This document shows, one piece after another, positions 1 to 11,400 of a DNA stretch of 64,000 bases. The translations under genes were made by a program, and so were the position numbers. The notes beneath the pieces were generated by a model. It was not told where the DNA came from, ran no database searches, and saw nothing but the letters and a program-made list of their open reading frames with translations. Origin of the DNA: Octopus bimaculoides (taxonomy: Eukaryota). How positions within the stretch are numbered: position 1 is the first letter of the stretch; each line of letters begins with the position of its first letter. The stretch is from contig NC_068983.1 in NCBI RefSeq assembly GCF_001194135.2, positions 24,230,802-24,294,801 on the forward strand, written 5' to 3'.

Positions 1-298
1 GCAAACAAAATGATTAATTAGGTCCATCCAGCCACCCTTGGTTTACATGGATCAGCTGTACCCTCAAAATACCTGTTTAGAAGTTCTTCACCTAATCTTG
101 TGCTGTAATAATAAACTCGCTGTTGAATATATACAAAATATAACTCATTTCTCTCATTACAGTTCAATACTGCCATCCCTACATTTAACCTTTTTACTGT
201 GGAAATTTCATTACCTCTGACTGTGGAGAGTAGTTTTATATACCAGTCTATCTTTTGCTGAGAGATGTCATGTTTGAAACTAATTTTTGTCAAGATGT

Positions 299-534
299 AG
301 GTGCAGGCGTGACCGTGTAGTAAGAAGCTTGCTTCCCAACCACATGGTTCAAGGTTCAAGGTTCAGTCCCACTTTGTGGCACCTTGGGCAAGTGTCTTCT
401 ACTAATAGCCTCTGGCCAACCAAAGCCTTGTGAGTAGATTTGGTAGACAGAAACTGAAAGAAGCCTGTCATATATATGTTTATATATATATATATATGTG
501 TGTNNNNNNNNNNGAAGCCTGTCATATATATGTT

Positions 535-582
<48 letters not shown>

Positions 583-781
583 TCCCTCCACCGCTTGATA
601 ACCAGTGCTGATGTGCTTACGTCCCTGTAACTTAACGGTTCGGCAAAAGAAACTGATAGAATAAGTACTCAGCTTTAAAAAGAAGTCCTGCTGTTGATTT
701 GTTCGTCTAAAACCTTTTAAGGAGGTGATCCAGGATGGCTGCAGTCAAAATGACTGAAACAAGTAATAGAATAAAAGAATA
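299..781 (+). mobile_element. tRNA-derived CORE-like SINE, family A (full length, internal microsatellite, 10-N gap inside)
   Basis: Head GGTGCAGG..TGACCGTGTAG (A-box-like), GGTTCAGTCCC (B-box-like), CORE-like GCACCTTGGGCAAGTGTCTT, internal (TA)n(TG)n, tail GACTGAAACAAGTAATAGAATAAAAGAA; about 20 related copies in the window. Confidence 0.9.
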
Positions 782-899
782 TCTCAAATTTATTGAGACA
801 GCATGACTTGCAGAAAATACTAATTCTACATTTTGGTAGATGTTTAACATCCGTTACTGAAATAATCAGGAAATTTAATTTTGCAGTGAAAGGGTTAAT

Positions 900-1075
900 A
901 TAGACCCTGTCAGTGCTACTATTGAGGTGGAAGCTACTAGCCATTGTTAGTATTTTCCTAGATCTGATGTCCAAGGATTTAAGTGTTCAGTCTTGTATCT
1001 GAAAATGTTAGTCCACGCTCTGACACTGTGAAAGCAATATTATTAATGGTTTCATTAAATGCAGACAGCTCTGTG
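900..1075 (-). mobile_element. R4/Dong-clade non-LTR retrotransposon RT C-terminal relic
   Basis: Minus frame reads KSLDIRSRKILTMASSFHLNSSTDRVY, matching the LDxKTRKxLTxxGxxHxxSDxDRLY motif of RLE-type (R4/Dong) elements; stop codon upstream. Confidence 0.65.
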
Positions 1076-1126
1076 ACTTCTATACCTTCCTAAGTTTGCA
1101 GAAGTATTATTTTGTCACTCTTGCTG

Positions 1127-1179
<53 letters not shown>

Positions 1180-1669
1180 GTGTGTGTATGTACATGTATA
1201 TATATATCGTTTTATTTCAACCGAAAAATCTTCCCAAAATTTTTTGGGCCTTAATAAACCAGTATTTTGCACTACTGTTTTGGTATTTGAGGGCTTTTTT
1301 TTTTTTTTTTTACCCCACTTAGTTTTGCACCGATGTGCTTACATGTGTGTGTGTGTGTGTGTAATTCGAATATTGTTATTAGAAGTTATTGAAGAGTTTA
1401 TGATTATCGACATAGCAATATCTATTTTACACATCTCTCGCTCTTTGGTGCGTGAATTATTTAAAATATTTTACATATCTATGTATTTATATACACATTA
1501 TCATTTTACATTTATTATTATTAAATTTACCCCGTAGATCATACTTGTTGATCAATAGGGTAAACTTCGGTGAAACGAATATAGTTGCACGCCTACTAAT
1601 CGAAGGATCGTTGTTTCGTATTTCTTCAATTCCACGAATGTGGATTTACTGAGTAAAGGAGCCTACGTA

Positions 1670-1830
1670 ATCTGCTAGAAATAGCAGCCAAATCTTTAAA
1701 CCACATCCTGCTATCTTAAAAAGGAATGCGTATCGGATAATGTAGACCTGGAGACATTGTCTGAAAAAAATCGGGATGGCCACGAGTGGAACGCGTCTAA
1801 TCATATGTCTGCTTGATCAAAATTAATCTG
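1670..1830 (+). repeat. Interspersed repeat family E (CTGCTAGAAATAGCAGCC... module)
   Basis: Related diverged copies at ~41410-41575 (+) and ~42900-43050 (-). Confidence 0.6.
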
Positions 1831-1854
1831 GCGCTCTCTATCACACGCTCTTAC

Positions 1855-1915
1855 AATCAAAATCCCAAGAAGCTCCAGCATGGAGGTGTAATTCACTGCT
1901 GATATAAACGATGCG
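1855..1915 (-). CDS. Candidate internal exon (RIVYISSELHLHAGASWDFD in frame 0, or start exon MLELLGILI)
   Basis: Acceptor tttatttttacag, donor ATT|gtaaga, open frames; no recognised homology. Confidence 0.2.
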
Positions 1916-3175
1916 CTGTAAAATAAACGAATATTCACTGCTTGATGTACTAAGCTCAAACATTCACAGATGCACAGCTTAACAGTGTTGACGTGTCATA
2001 GGTACACTTAGCTGTAGATAGGATATTCAGTGGCGGCGGCGACCCAACGCTTTAATAAGTGACGAGAATCCCCGTCACCGTGCAGATAACACTGTTTTCT
2101 AAATACACAACTGGCTTGCATATAGCATTTTTTGTGTATGTAAGTACACAATGTCTTGCGCAGACATTAGTCTGCGTAAGTAGTATATTTATATACGTTT
2201 CAACTCCAGGTGTCAATATTTAGTTTCAAGCTGTACAACAATATACCGTGTCACTCTGTGTTCGTTCTCAATGTTTCTCTATAATGAAAGCATATATTTA
2301 CATCATCGGCATAGTGAAAGAGAGGGTGAACGGAGAGAAAGAGAGGTAGATCGCTAAAATAACTTTCTGTCTTTAGTAAATAAATATTTTCTCCGTAGTT
2401 AACTCTCTCCCTCTTTCTTTTTCTCTCTTTCTCTCACTGCTTCGATAAGTACGCCCTCTCATTGAGAAATATTGTCTTTCACTTTCGCTATCTCTTTCAG
2501 GTAATCGTTCTTCTTTTACCTCCGTGAATATTCTACGCCTCTTAAATCTGTCTCTTTCTTCCTTCTAACTTTAGTTCTCTGTCGGCTTTTAAGTCACTCT
2601 CCCCCCGCTATCTTTCTCCTGCCCTTCACGTTAATTGGGCCTGCTATCTAAGAATCGGTGGGCGTGTTAGTTAATGACGAGTTATTGCAGTCCGAATGCT
2701 GGCCTTCATAAACTTTATGTGGCTAGTTGGTTCGTGAAATTATTTCTATGAATGTATGCTTGTGTGCACCAGACTACGCATATAAAATAGAGTGTTTGCC
2801 AGCTTGTACGTAAGCGGGGGCTGCGTGTTTGTCTTCAGGACTGACTGGTTAGTTTAATTAGCTATTTATATAGCTGTCAGTCTTTGTCTGTCAGACGATA
2901 CGTTTAAGGGTATGTGTGTTTACCTATGGTACTGACTGCTTAGAGTGTGTAGCTATGTAATTACTATAATTCGAAGAGACAAGAGGTAGTCTACGTCGGC
3001 AATCGAGAGCAAAATGTAAGGTTTGCCTCGAAAAGAAATCGCCAACATTTCCGGCATTCCCTAATGAAAGGCCTTGTCCGAAATGTCCTCACGGTGTACT
3101 AACGAACCTTAGCTTGAATGATTGATAGATCTGGTACAGTGTGTGTGCATTCGCTGGTGCAAACTGAACATATTC

Positions 3176-3870
3176 ACACAAGTGTGCCCCCACACCGACT
3201 TTGTTTCTTCATAACTTCTAGAAAAATCAATATTTTGTAATGAAAATTTCTACAAATATGCTTCAGATGATGCAGATTCCGCCTGTATTGAAATTTGTTG
3301 TGGAAACGTTTTCCCGGGAGTGGTGAAAGGAGCTTCGGAAAATTCACACATGTTAGCTTTGTTTCCTCATAACTTTCAGAAAAATGGATACTTTTTAATG
3401 AAGTTTTTTTATAAATACCTTTCAGATTGTTTATATTACGATTATATCGGAATTTAATACGTAAAAAAAAATGGTGGGTTCGCTTACATACATACTGTTA
3501 GACACCACAAAATGAAACTTGAAATTTCAAAAAAAGTTGTGATGTGTCAGTATGTATAGGTGCGAGCCCATCATTTTTTTTTTTCATATTAAATTCCGAT
3601 ATAATCGTAATATAAACAATCTGAAAGGTTTTCATAAAAAATTTCATTAGAAAACGTTTTTCCCTGAAAGTTATGAGGAAACAAAGCCAACTTTTGTGAA
3701 TTTTCAGAAACTCTTCTCCCCACCCTCGGAAAATTTTTTTCCCGACAAATTCCAATATAATCAGAATTTGCATCCTCTGAAGCATATTTGTTTAAACTGT
3801 CATTAAAAAAATATCTATTTTTCTAGACATTATGAAGAAATAACGTTGTGGGTCGGGGCACACTTGGGTA
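3176..3870. mobile_element. Foldback / palindromic non-autonomous DNA element (~700 bp)
   Basis: Arm ~3176-3497 is the inverted complement of ~3548-3870 (e.g. aagtgtgccccc / ggggcacactt; cagattgtttatattacgattatatcggaatttaata / tattaaattccgatataatcgtaatataaacaatctg). Confidence 0.9.
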
Positions 3871-3899
3871 GGTAAGCTGCAAACCATGCTATTTTGCTT

Positions 3900-4210
3900 T
3901 CATGTGGGAAAGATGAGTTTTCTTATGTTGTTGGGAAAAGAGGATGTCTTGTAAATTATAGGTGTTTAGTAGTAGTAGTAGTAGTAGAAGGTTTAGCACT
4001 TAGATTGGCGTGATGCATAGCATTGAAGAGTTGTGTCATATATTGAAGAGTGAGTAAGTGTTTTAGATTATTAGTGACTGACAGAAAGTGATTGATGATG
4101 GCAAAATCCGAAAGATGGTTGGCTTTTGAAGGATAAGAGTTGATTGGTCAAAGACTGAAAGCTTGCAACTAACAAACAATATAGGTTGATATGATGCATG
4201 GTGGTGATGA
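3900..4210 (-). mobile_element. Old LINE reverse-transcriptase relic
   Basis: Minus frames YQPILFVSCKLSVFDQ (cf. YRPISLLSCLSKVFE) and QPSFGFCHHQS (cf. QxGFRxxHST), with stops and frameshifts. Confidence 0.45.
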
Positions 4211-4240
4211 TGACCAGAGTGTAGGCAATTCTGCTGTGGT

Positions 4241-4465
4241 GGAGGTGCATGGCTTAGTGGTTTGGGTACTGCACTCATGATCATAAGATTGTAGTTTCAA
4301 TTCCTGAACTGAGCGATACATTTTTTTTTTTTGAGCAAGACACTTCATTTCACGTTGCTCCAGTCTACTTGGTAAAAATGAATAATTCTGTAATGAAACA
4401 GCAGCCCATCTAGAGTGGGGAATATATAGGCCACAGATTCCGGGAAACCAGCCTTATGAACTTTT
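4241..4465 (+). mobile_element. tRNA-derived SINE family D, diverged copy
   Basis: GGTGCATGGCTTAGTGG head, TTGAGCAAGACACTT core; related to 9648-9800 and 22165-22478. Confidence 0.75.
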
Positions 4466-4639
4466 GATTCAGGAAGGACCTTTTGAATTTAGCTGTAAAT
4501 TCTTTGATGATTTTGTGTTTGTCTATATGCCATTCTGTTTCTATATGTCATTTTATCAAAGCATTATTGTCAATATGAGCCACGCTGTTACACTCAGTAT
4601 TGTTTTCTAAACGTAGATTAATTCAGACCATATTTTCTA

Positions 4640-4850
4640 CTCTAGGCACAAGGCCCCGAAATTTTGGGGGGAGGGGGCCAGTCGATTAGATCGACACCAG
4701 TATGCAACTGGTACTTAATTTATCAACCCCAAAAGGATGAAAGGCAAAGTCAACCTCAGTGGAATTTGAACTCAGAACATAAAGACAGATGAAATACTGC
4801 TAAGCATTTCACCTGGCGTGCTAACGTTTCTGCCAGCTCGCCACCTTAAA
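4640..4850 (-). mobile_element. tRNA-derived SINE family B
   Basis: Reverse complement of GGTGGCGAGCTGGCAGAAACGTTAGC...GAGTTCAAATTCC...AAGTACCAG...GTGTCGAT; matches 5808-6035. Confidence 0.9.
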
Positions 4851-5119
4851 ATTCAAAACATATTGTTTATTTATCAATACTAGAAGACAAGGTTGACTTT
4901 AGCAAGATTTGAAAACAGAACAAATAAATACTTTGTGGCTTTCTATCCCAGTGCTTTAATAGATTTTGCCAACTCACCATTCTTAAAAATGTAGCAAGGT
5001 AGGAAAAGCACTAAAACCATTTTTAGCCATTATAAGGAGTTTTAACTTCGATTTTCAAACTGCTCCATTATTCAGTAGAAGTGTGTGGTATCAGTATGGC
5101 AGGTCCCTTGATCCTGGGA

Positions 5120-5325
5120 ATATTGATTTCAAATTTTGGTACAAGGCCAGCAATTTCAAAGGAGAGGGTAAGTCAATTACATTGATCCCAGTGTTCTACT
5201 TGTACTTAATTTATTGACCCCGGAGGATAAGGATGAAAGGAAAAGTGACCTTGACAGAATCTGAACTCAGACCATTAAAATGGACGAAATTCCACTAAGC
5301 ATTTTGCCTTGCTTGTCGCCTTCAT
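5120..5325 (-). mobile_element. SINE family B, diverged
   Basis: Same body as 4640-4850 with CpG decay. Confidence 0.8.
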
Positions 5326-5431
5326 TCCTGAGAACATTGTGAATACTAGAATATTATTGTGAATTACTAGAAAGTTTTGTAATATTGCAAATAGCTAGAA
5401 AGTTCTTATTAGTAGAATACCAGCCTCTTAT

Positions 5432-5570
5432 CATCATCATCATCGTTTAACGTCCGCTTTCCATGCTAGCATGGGTTGGACGATTTGACTGAGGACTGGT
5501 GAAACCGGATGGCAACACCAGGCTCCAGTCTGATTTGGCAGAGTTTCTACAGCTGGATGCCCTTCCTAAC
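5432..5570 (-). mobile_element. RTE-type LINE 3' end (family C), young, 5'-truncated
   Basis: (CAT)n + CGTTTAACGTCCGCTTTCCATGCTAGCATGGGTTGGACG, near-identical to 27727-27902 and 39880-40300. Confidence 0.9.
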
Positions 5571-5807
5571 ACATTATAATGTCCACTTTTTCATGCTTGC
5601 ATGGGTCAGATAACGTTTACTGAGGCAGATTTTCTATGGTCAAATGCCATTCTTGTCACTAATCCTCTCATATTTCCAAGCAAGGTAATATTTCTCCATG
5701 GCCAGACATATTTTTGCAGATTAGTGGAAACGATAGTGACACTCACTACTATCATGCAATGTCAAGGCAAGAAGATACAAACACACACACACACACACAT
5801 ACATAAG

Positions 5808-6035
5808 GCTGCGAGCTGGCAGAAACGTTAGCACGCCGGGCGAAATGCTAAGCGGTATTTCGTCTGCCGCTACGTTCTGAGTTCAAATTCCGCCGAGGTC
5901 GACTTTGTCTTTCATCCTTTCGGGGTCGATTAAATAAGTACCAGTTACGCACTGGGGTCGATATAATCGACTTAATCCGTTTGTCTGTCTTTATTTGTCC
6001 CCTCTGTGTGTAGCCCCTTGTGGGTAGTAAAGAAA
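5808..6035 (+). mobile_element. SINE family B, young full-length copy
   Basis: A-box-like TGGCAGAAACG, B-box-like GAGTTCAAATTCC; CpGs retained; ends GTAGTAAAGAAATAA. Confidence 0.92.
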
Positions 6036-6755
6036 TAACACACATACATTGTGGGCTTCTTTCAATTTCTGACTTCCAAATCCACGCACAAAGCTATGGT
6101 TGGCCCTGTGTTATAGTAAAACACATTCTCACAATGTGCCAAGCAGTGTGACTGAACTCAAAACCCGTGCCTATATAGGAACATTTCAAATCCTCACATG
6201 TAAGTCTATAGTATTGTAGTATAACACTATATATTAAACAGTATTGTTTTCTCCCTACTTTTCTAACCTGTAAACACTACAAACTAGAAAATCATCATTA
6301 GATAATTCTGTTTGCTATCTGAACTTAAAAAAAATAAATAAATAAAATATATACAATAAAATTTGTTGCAATCAATCAAGTGGAATAATTTAAGACGTTT
6401 GCAGCATTATCATGAACGCTTGCAAGGCTAAGATTCTGGAATAGCCATATGCTCCCATGAGCTTGTCTGACACTTATGTTAGATGAGATGCCAAGAAGTC
6501 AAGAACTTTATGGTTAGTGGATTAGCTCCTCCTAACATTTCAAATATGACAGGTCGAAAAATGTAATTTACCTGCAATTGGCAATTTTTCTACAATCTAC
6601 CGTTTCTCCTAAATTCTTAACCACTCAGCCGCGCAGGTGTGGCTGTGTGGTTAACAAGTTATGCTGCCAAATCATGTGGTTTTTAGATCATTTGCAGATG
6701 CGGTATTCTCCATCACTTCATTTAGAATATACAAGGATGCAACAGAAACACTTAC

Positions 6756-6805
6756 TACTAGTGGGACCCATGGAAATTCCATGGAATGGAAAAAATTAAG
6801 CGGAC
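6756..6805 (-). CDS. Candidate 50-nt exon GPLNFFHSMEFPWVPLV (phase 1 in, phase 0 out)
   Basis: Acceptor tcctttctttcttacatag, donor GTA|gtaagt, open frame. It overlaps a competing plus-strand candidate (6698-6809). Confidence 0.25.
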
Positions 6806-7676
6806 CTATGTAAGAAAGAAAGGATGATTTGTATTTTTATAGCATTCATAGTTTAGCTTTCTTTAAATATTCTTCATGTTTTCCTACATTTGTTTCCTCA
6901 CGTCTCTGTCGGTGTTGTCTTTTTCCTCTTTTTCTTATATTTTTTCACCGTTCCTCTCTGATCCATGCTCTATATCTGTGCATCCTTTCTTGGGCAGCTT
7001 TCAACTGTGTTTCTTGTGAATTCAGAGTTTAGGCTAAATTAATCATTATAAACAAATATTAATTAGTGAACAGATGATAAATAATTACACTTATGTGCAT
7101 GATTGAAGTGATGGTCACTGTAAAAACAGAAATTAGTTCAATGAAAAAAAAATACTTTTCACTATCAACACACCACCACCACCACCACCACTTATCTGCC
7201 TCTTTCTCTCTCTCTCAATATAATTGCCTCCCTTGTCCATCTCTTTCTACCTTTCCATTCAGCTATCTTTTTAACCACATAATAAGTATTCCTTCCCCAC
7301 CCCACTACACATTAACACTTCTTTCTCCCTCCTTTTCTCGTCTTTTTCTCTTGTTCTCTGCCTCTTCCTTCAACTGACCATGTGACCATTTGATCTTAGC
7401 ATATTAATATTAATCACTTTTTTCTACTTCTTCCTCTCTTCTTTCTTCACCCCTCCCTCCCCCTCTCTCTCTCGCCCCTTCACTTTTACTCCACCTCTCA
7501 TTCATTCCACCTCCACCTCTCTAACAGGCAAATGAACAAACAGATTATTATATAGATAGTGTCTCATATAAGTAATCTTCTGTTAGTCCTGTTTCAAAAG
7601 ATAATCTGACTGGACCTTAGAATTAATTATTAAAAATAAAACCAGAATTAATTATTATTATTATTATTGTTGTTCA

Positions 7677-7984
7677 GTAGTTTTATTTTTATAACGTGCT
7701 TTCACTTCACTACCGAGCGCAGCTCTGTGTGCCTTGGGTATGTGCTGTGGTTTGCTGTGATGCTCTTATGGTTATCGTATTGAAAGTGTTTTGCGTAGGA
7801 TGTGTGCAGTGCCCAGTAGTGCAATTTTCTGTATGTTATATATATTTGTAAGTCCTGGTGTTTTTGTTATGTATTTGTCTGAATATATTTTAATTATACC
7901 TAAGGCACCTACTATGATAGGAATTGTTTCTGCTTTTAGGTTCCACATTCGAGTTACCTCTATTTCCAGGTCTTTGTATTTTGT
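7677..7984 (-). mobile_element. R4/Dong-clade retrotransposon 3' end (RLE domain tail + 3' UTR) embedded in (TAA)n
   Basis: TKYKDLEIEVTRMWNLKAETIPIIVGALGIIKIYSDKYITKTPGLTNIYNIQKIALLGTAHILRKTLSIR* is a typical RLE C-terminus; (AAT)n on both sides. Confidence 0.88.
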
Positions 7985-8647
7985 ATTATTATTATTNNNN
8001 NNNNNNNNNNNNNNNNNNNNNNNNNNNNNNNNNNNNNNNNNNNNNNNNNNNNNNNNNNNNNNNNNNNNNNNNNNNNNNNNNNNNNNNNNNNNNNNNNNNN
8101 NNNNNNNNNNNNNNNNNNNNNNNNNNNNNNNNNNNNNNNNNNNNNNNNNNNNNNNNNNNNNNNNNNNNNNNNNNNNNNNNNNNNNNNNNNNNNNNNNNNN
8201 NNNNNNNNNNNNNNNNNNNNNNNNNNNNNNNNNNNNNNNNNNNNNNNNNNNNNNNNNNNNNNNNNNNNNNNNNNNNNNNNNNNNNNNNNNNNNNNNNNNN
8301 NNNNNNNNNNNNNNNNNNNNNNNNNNNNNNNNNNNNNNNNNNNNNNNNNNNNNNNNNNNNNNNNNNNNNNNNNNNNNNNNNNNNNNNNNNNNNNNNNNNN
8401 NNNNNNNNNNNNNNNNNNNNNNNNNNNNNNNNNNNNNNNNNNNNNNNNNNNNNNNNNNNNNNNNNNNNNNNNNNNNNNNNNNNNNNNNNNNNNNNNNNNN
8501 NNNNNNNNNNNNNNNNNNNNNNNATATATATATATATATATATACGTATGTATACACACACATACATAGTGTGGGCCAAAAGATACACACCGAAACGTTT
8601 GGCATTTTATTTATCTTAAGTTGTTCTTATAATTATTATTATTGTTA

Positions 8648-8875
8648 GGGTGGTGGTTTGGCAGAATTATTAGCATGCCGGGCAAAATGCTTAGTGGTAT
8701 TTCACCAGTCTTTACATTCTGAGTTCAAATTCCACTGAGGTCCACTTTGCCTTTTCCCTTTTGAAGTCGATAAATTAAGTACCAGTCAAGTACTGGGGTC
8801 GATGTAATCAACTAGCACCTTTCCCCCCAAGTTTCACGCCTTGTGCCTTTAGTAGAAAGGATTATTATTATTATT
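8648..8875 (+). mobile_element. SINE family B flanked by (TAT)n
   Basis: GGTGGTTTGGCAGAAT...GAGTTCAAATTCC...AAGTACCAG...CTGGGGTCGAT. Confidence 0.88.
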
Positions 8876-9016
8876 GTTACTCATTTTCTTCATCATGTTC
8901 AAGTGTGTATATATTCATCATTATTTATTTTATTCAATGTTAGAAAAACTGAAGCATATATCTTTGACAACTCTGGAACATGACTTTTGGCTCACCCTGT
9001 ACATACATACATTCAT

Positions 9017-9048
<32 letters not shown>

Positions 9049-9145
9049 ATATATATATAGTGTTGAATCCTTCAGCTTTGGGGCTAACTGACGAAGTCTC
9101 CTCCCCAATCTTTGACTATTCTGGAGCATGACTTTTGACTCACCC

Positions 9146-9178
<33 letters not shown>

Positions 9179-9647
9179 ATATATATATNNNNNNNNNNNN
9201 NNNNNNNNNNNNNNNNNNNNNNNNNNNNNNNNNNNNNNNNNNNNNNNNNNNNNNNNNNNNNNNNNNNNNNNNNNNNNNNNNNNNNNNNNNNNNNNNNNNN
9301 NNNNNNNNNNNNNNNNNNNNNNNNNNNNNNNNNNNNNNNNNNNNNNNNNNNNNNNNNNNTATAGTGTTCTAGACTGTACTGAATTATTCTGCTTTGGGGC
9401 TAACTGATGAAGTCTCTTCCTCAATCATAGAGATTCATCCACCTCTCTGTTAAAGCTAGTCCAAGTTCAAGAGGAAAGGATGTAACCCACCAAAGAGGTG
9501 CATGTGTGGGGGCATAAGAGAAGAAACAAGTGAGAAACAAAGAAGAGTATTTATGTAAAATCCATGACCCCAAATTGTTTGGGCAACACAGTTTGATCAT
9601 TGGACCCTAAAACAAGTTTTACATTGGCTAAATTTTCAAGTTTCATG

Positions 9648-9800
9648 TGAAGGTGCATGGCTCAGTGGTTAGAGCATCAGGCTCACAATCATTAAGTAGT
9701 GAGTTTGATTCCTAGCTTGGGCTATGCGTTGTGTTCTTGAGCAAGACACTTTATTTTTCACATCGCTCCAGTTCACACAACTGTTGAAATGAGTTGCTAT
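9648..9800 (+). mobile_element. SINE family D, 5' part
   Basis: GGTGCATGGCTCAGTGGTTAGAGC head; GTTGTGTTCTTGAGCAAGACACTT core. Confidence 0.8.
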
Positions 9801-9989
9801 GTTACTGGTACCAAGAATGTACATTAATTTAGGAATTGATAAATAATTCTTTTGAATAAGGAAGAAAAAAATCTTGATGGGCTCTGTTAAATCAGTATTT
9901 TTAAATAATTATCTGATATTTTGCATCTTGGCAAGAAAGGTGAATGAAAAGATAAGATCAGAGGTTGAAGTGCCAAGATGAGGAAAGAA

Positions 9990-11400
9990 TGGTGATAGAT
10001 GGAAGAAAATTCAGTAAACATGCTCATTGTAGCTTGATGTGTGAATGAATTTTTGAATATCAAGAGTTCTCATTTAGAAGCATTCTCTTGAAGACTTTCT
10101 GCCATAGAGTTTTTAATCATCAACTTTGGCATAAGGAAAATCCTATTCAGTGGTCCCCTATAAGCAGGCATCAAGAAGGCACTAGTTATTTAAATGTAAG
10201 TTAGCCCGTTAACAAACAATATCATTGATACTCAATGTAAATGGTGCAGAACTAATAGTCACCTTGGTGTTGTGTTCAAATATATTTCAACATGTAGTTT
10301 TATTGCATACGTAAAAGCTAATTTTGTTCTGTTTGACTTCAGCTACTTGTCAATTTTGTTAACATGGTATCACATGAAAGATAAAACATGCACTAAAATA
10401 CTGAAGACAAGGAATAAATAAATGAATAAAACCATTAATATACTATAATTAGTTGTTTAAAAGTTGTTACATCAACTCTTTCTTGTGTAAGATTTTATTC
10501 TGTTGCTCGAAGAACAAACTGCAGTCATCAATAATTTTTGGATGTGTTTCCTTCTGAATCTCTTTCTCTCTAGGAAATGTTTTGATGTAATCTTTCCAAA
10601 CTTGTTTTTCGCTATCTCCCATATTTGATTTAATTTTTCTATGCCTGTTGTTGCTATCTGTTATAATCTGGAGAGGAAAACAACACAAAAATGTAACTGC
10701 AGAGAATTAATGCTTAATAACACTTTGTTGCCAGTTTCTTTGTTAGCTTCCAACACAATTTAGATTAAGATAGCATAAATAGTCTGTTATTTAGGATTGT
10801 CAAAAAAATTTTCATCAATTAAAACTAAAGATTCTAAGCTAGATAGGGCTTAGGGTTTTTTTCTTTATACTTTACATCAAGAATCACTTTTGCATAATCT
10901 GATCTATTAGAATTTGAAGCTATCACTTTTCACAATTAATAGAAGTGAAAAATTTTCAATCAGACCTCATCTAAATGAGGTCTAGTCTCTCAATCATATT
11001 TTTATTGATCCTCCAACATTTTGGTGACTTAAATAAGAAACTTAAAAATTTAACCAATGTTGAACCTGTTTTGGAATCCTTTGACTGAGTTGTATTGCTG
11101 GAACAATCCAGCCATGTAGATTTACTAAATCCTCTTTATTTCTCATTTGTTTCTTATAATTCCATCCAGTCTTGCTCCTCTTTGGTGGGCATCATCTCTA
11201 TCTCTTTAACTTGAACTGGCTCTGAATATTTTTAATCAGGTAGTGAGTCAGAGTATTTCTGCATGTTAACTCAATATATCAAATATCGTTTGACTTCCTG
11301 CAAACTGTTGCTTTCTTTATTGTTGTTCTCTTTTGATATGATAATTTATACAGTCATTAACAATCCCAAAGGAAACATACTCCAGCTACAAGCCTAAGAA
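9990..11400 (-). pseudogene. Possible decayed coding relic (unidentified)
   Basis: Several collinear protein-like minus frames interrupted by stops (SEPVQVKEIEMMPTKEEQDWMEL*ETNEK*RGFSKSTWLD; IITDSNNRHRKIKSNMGDSEKQVWKDYIKTFPREKEIQKETHPKIIDDCSLFFEQQNKILHKKELM*; DFPYAKVDD*KLYGRKSSRECF*MRTLDIQKFIHTSSYNEHVY). No family recognised. Confidence 0.25.

Larger units (their letters stand above)
1500..3200. promoter_or_regulatory. CpG-rich, promoter-like / 5' gene region
   Basis: CpG density is visibly much higher than in the rest of the window. Contains GTGGCGGCGGCG at ~2030, CT- and GA-rich tracts at 2320-2620, and canonical plus-strand donors GTAAGT at 2140 and 2176. Confidence 0.5.

Noticed and set aside
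18-359. 113-aa minus-strand ORF
   Set aside because: Its start lies in a SINE head and no homology is recognised. Small internal exon-like pieces (e.g. ~125-79) are possible but unsupported.
9076-9440. CTGA(C/T)GA motifs as hammerhead ribozymes
   Set aside because: No GAAA core after the putative stem II in either copy.
10962-10983. Perfect 9-bp hairpin AGACCTCAT-CTAA-ATGAGGTCT
   Set aside because: Too short for a pre-miRNA and expected occasionally by chance in 64 kb.
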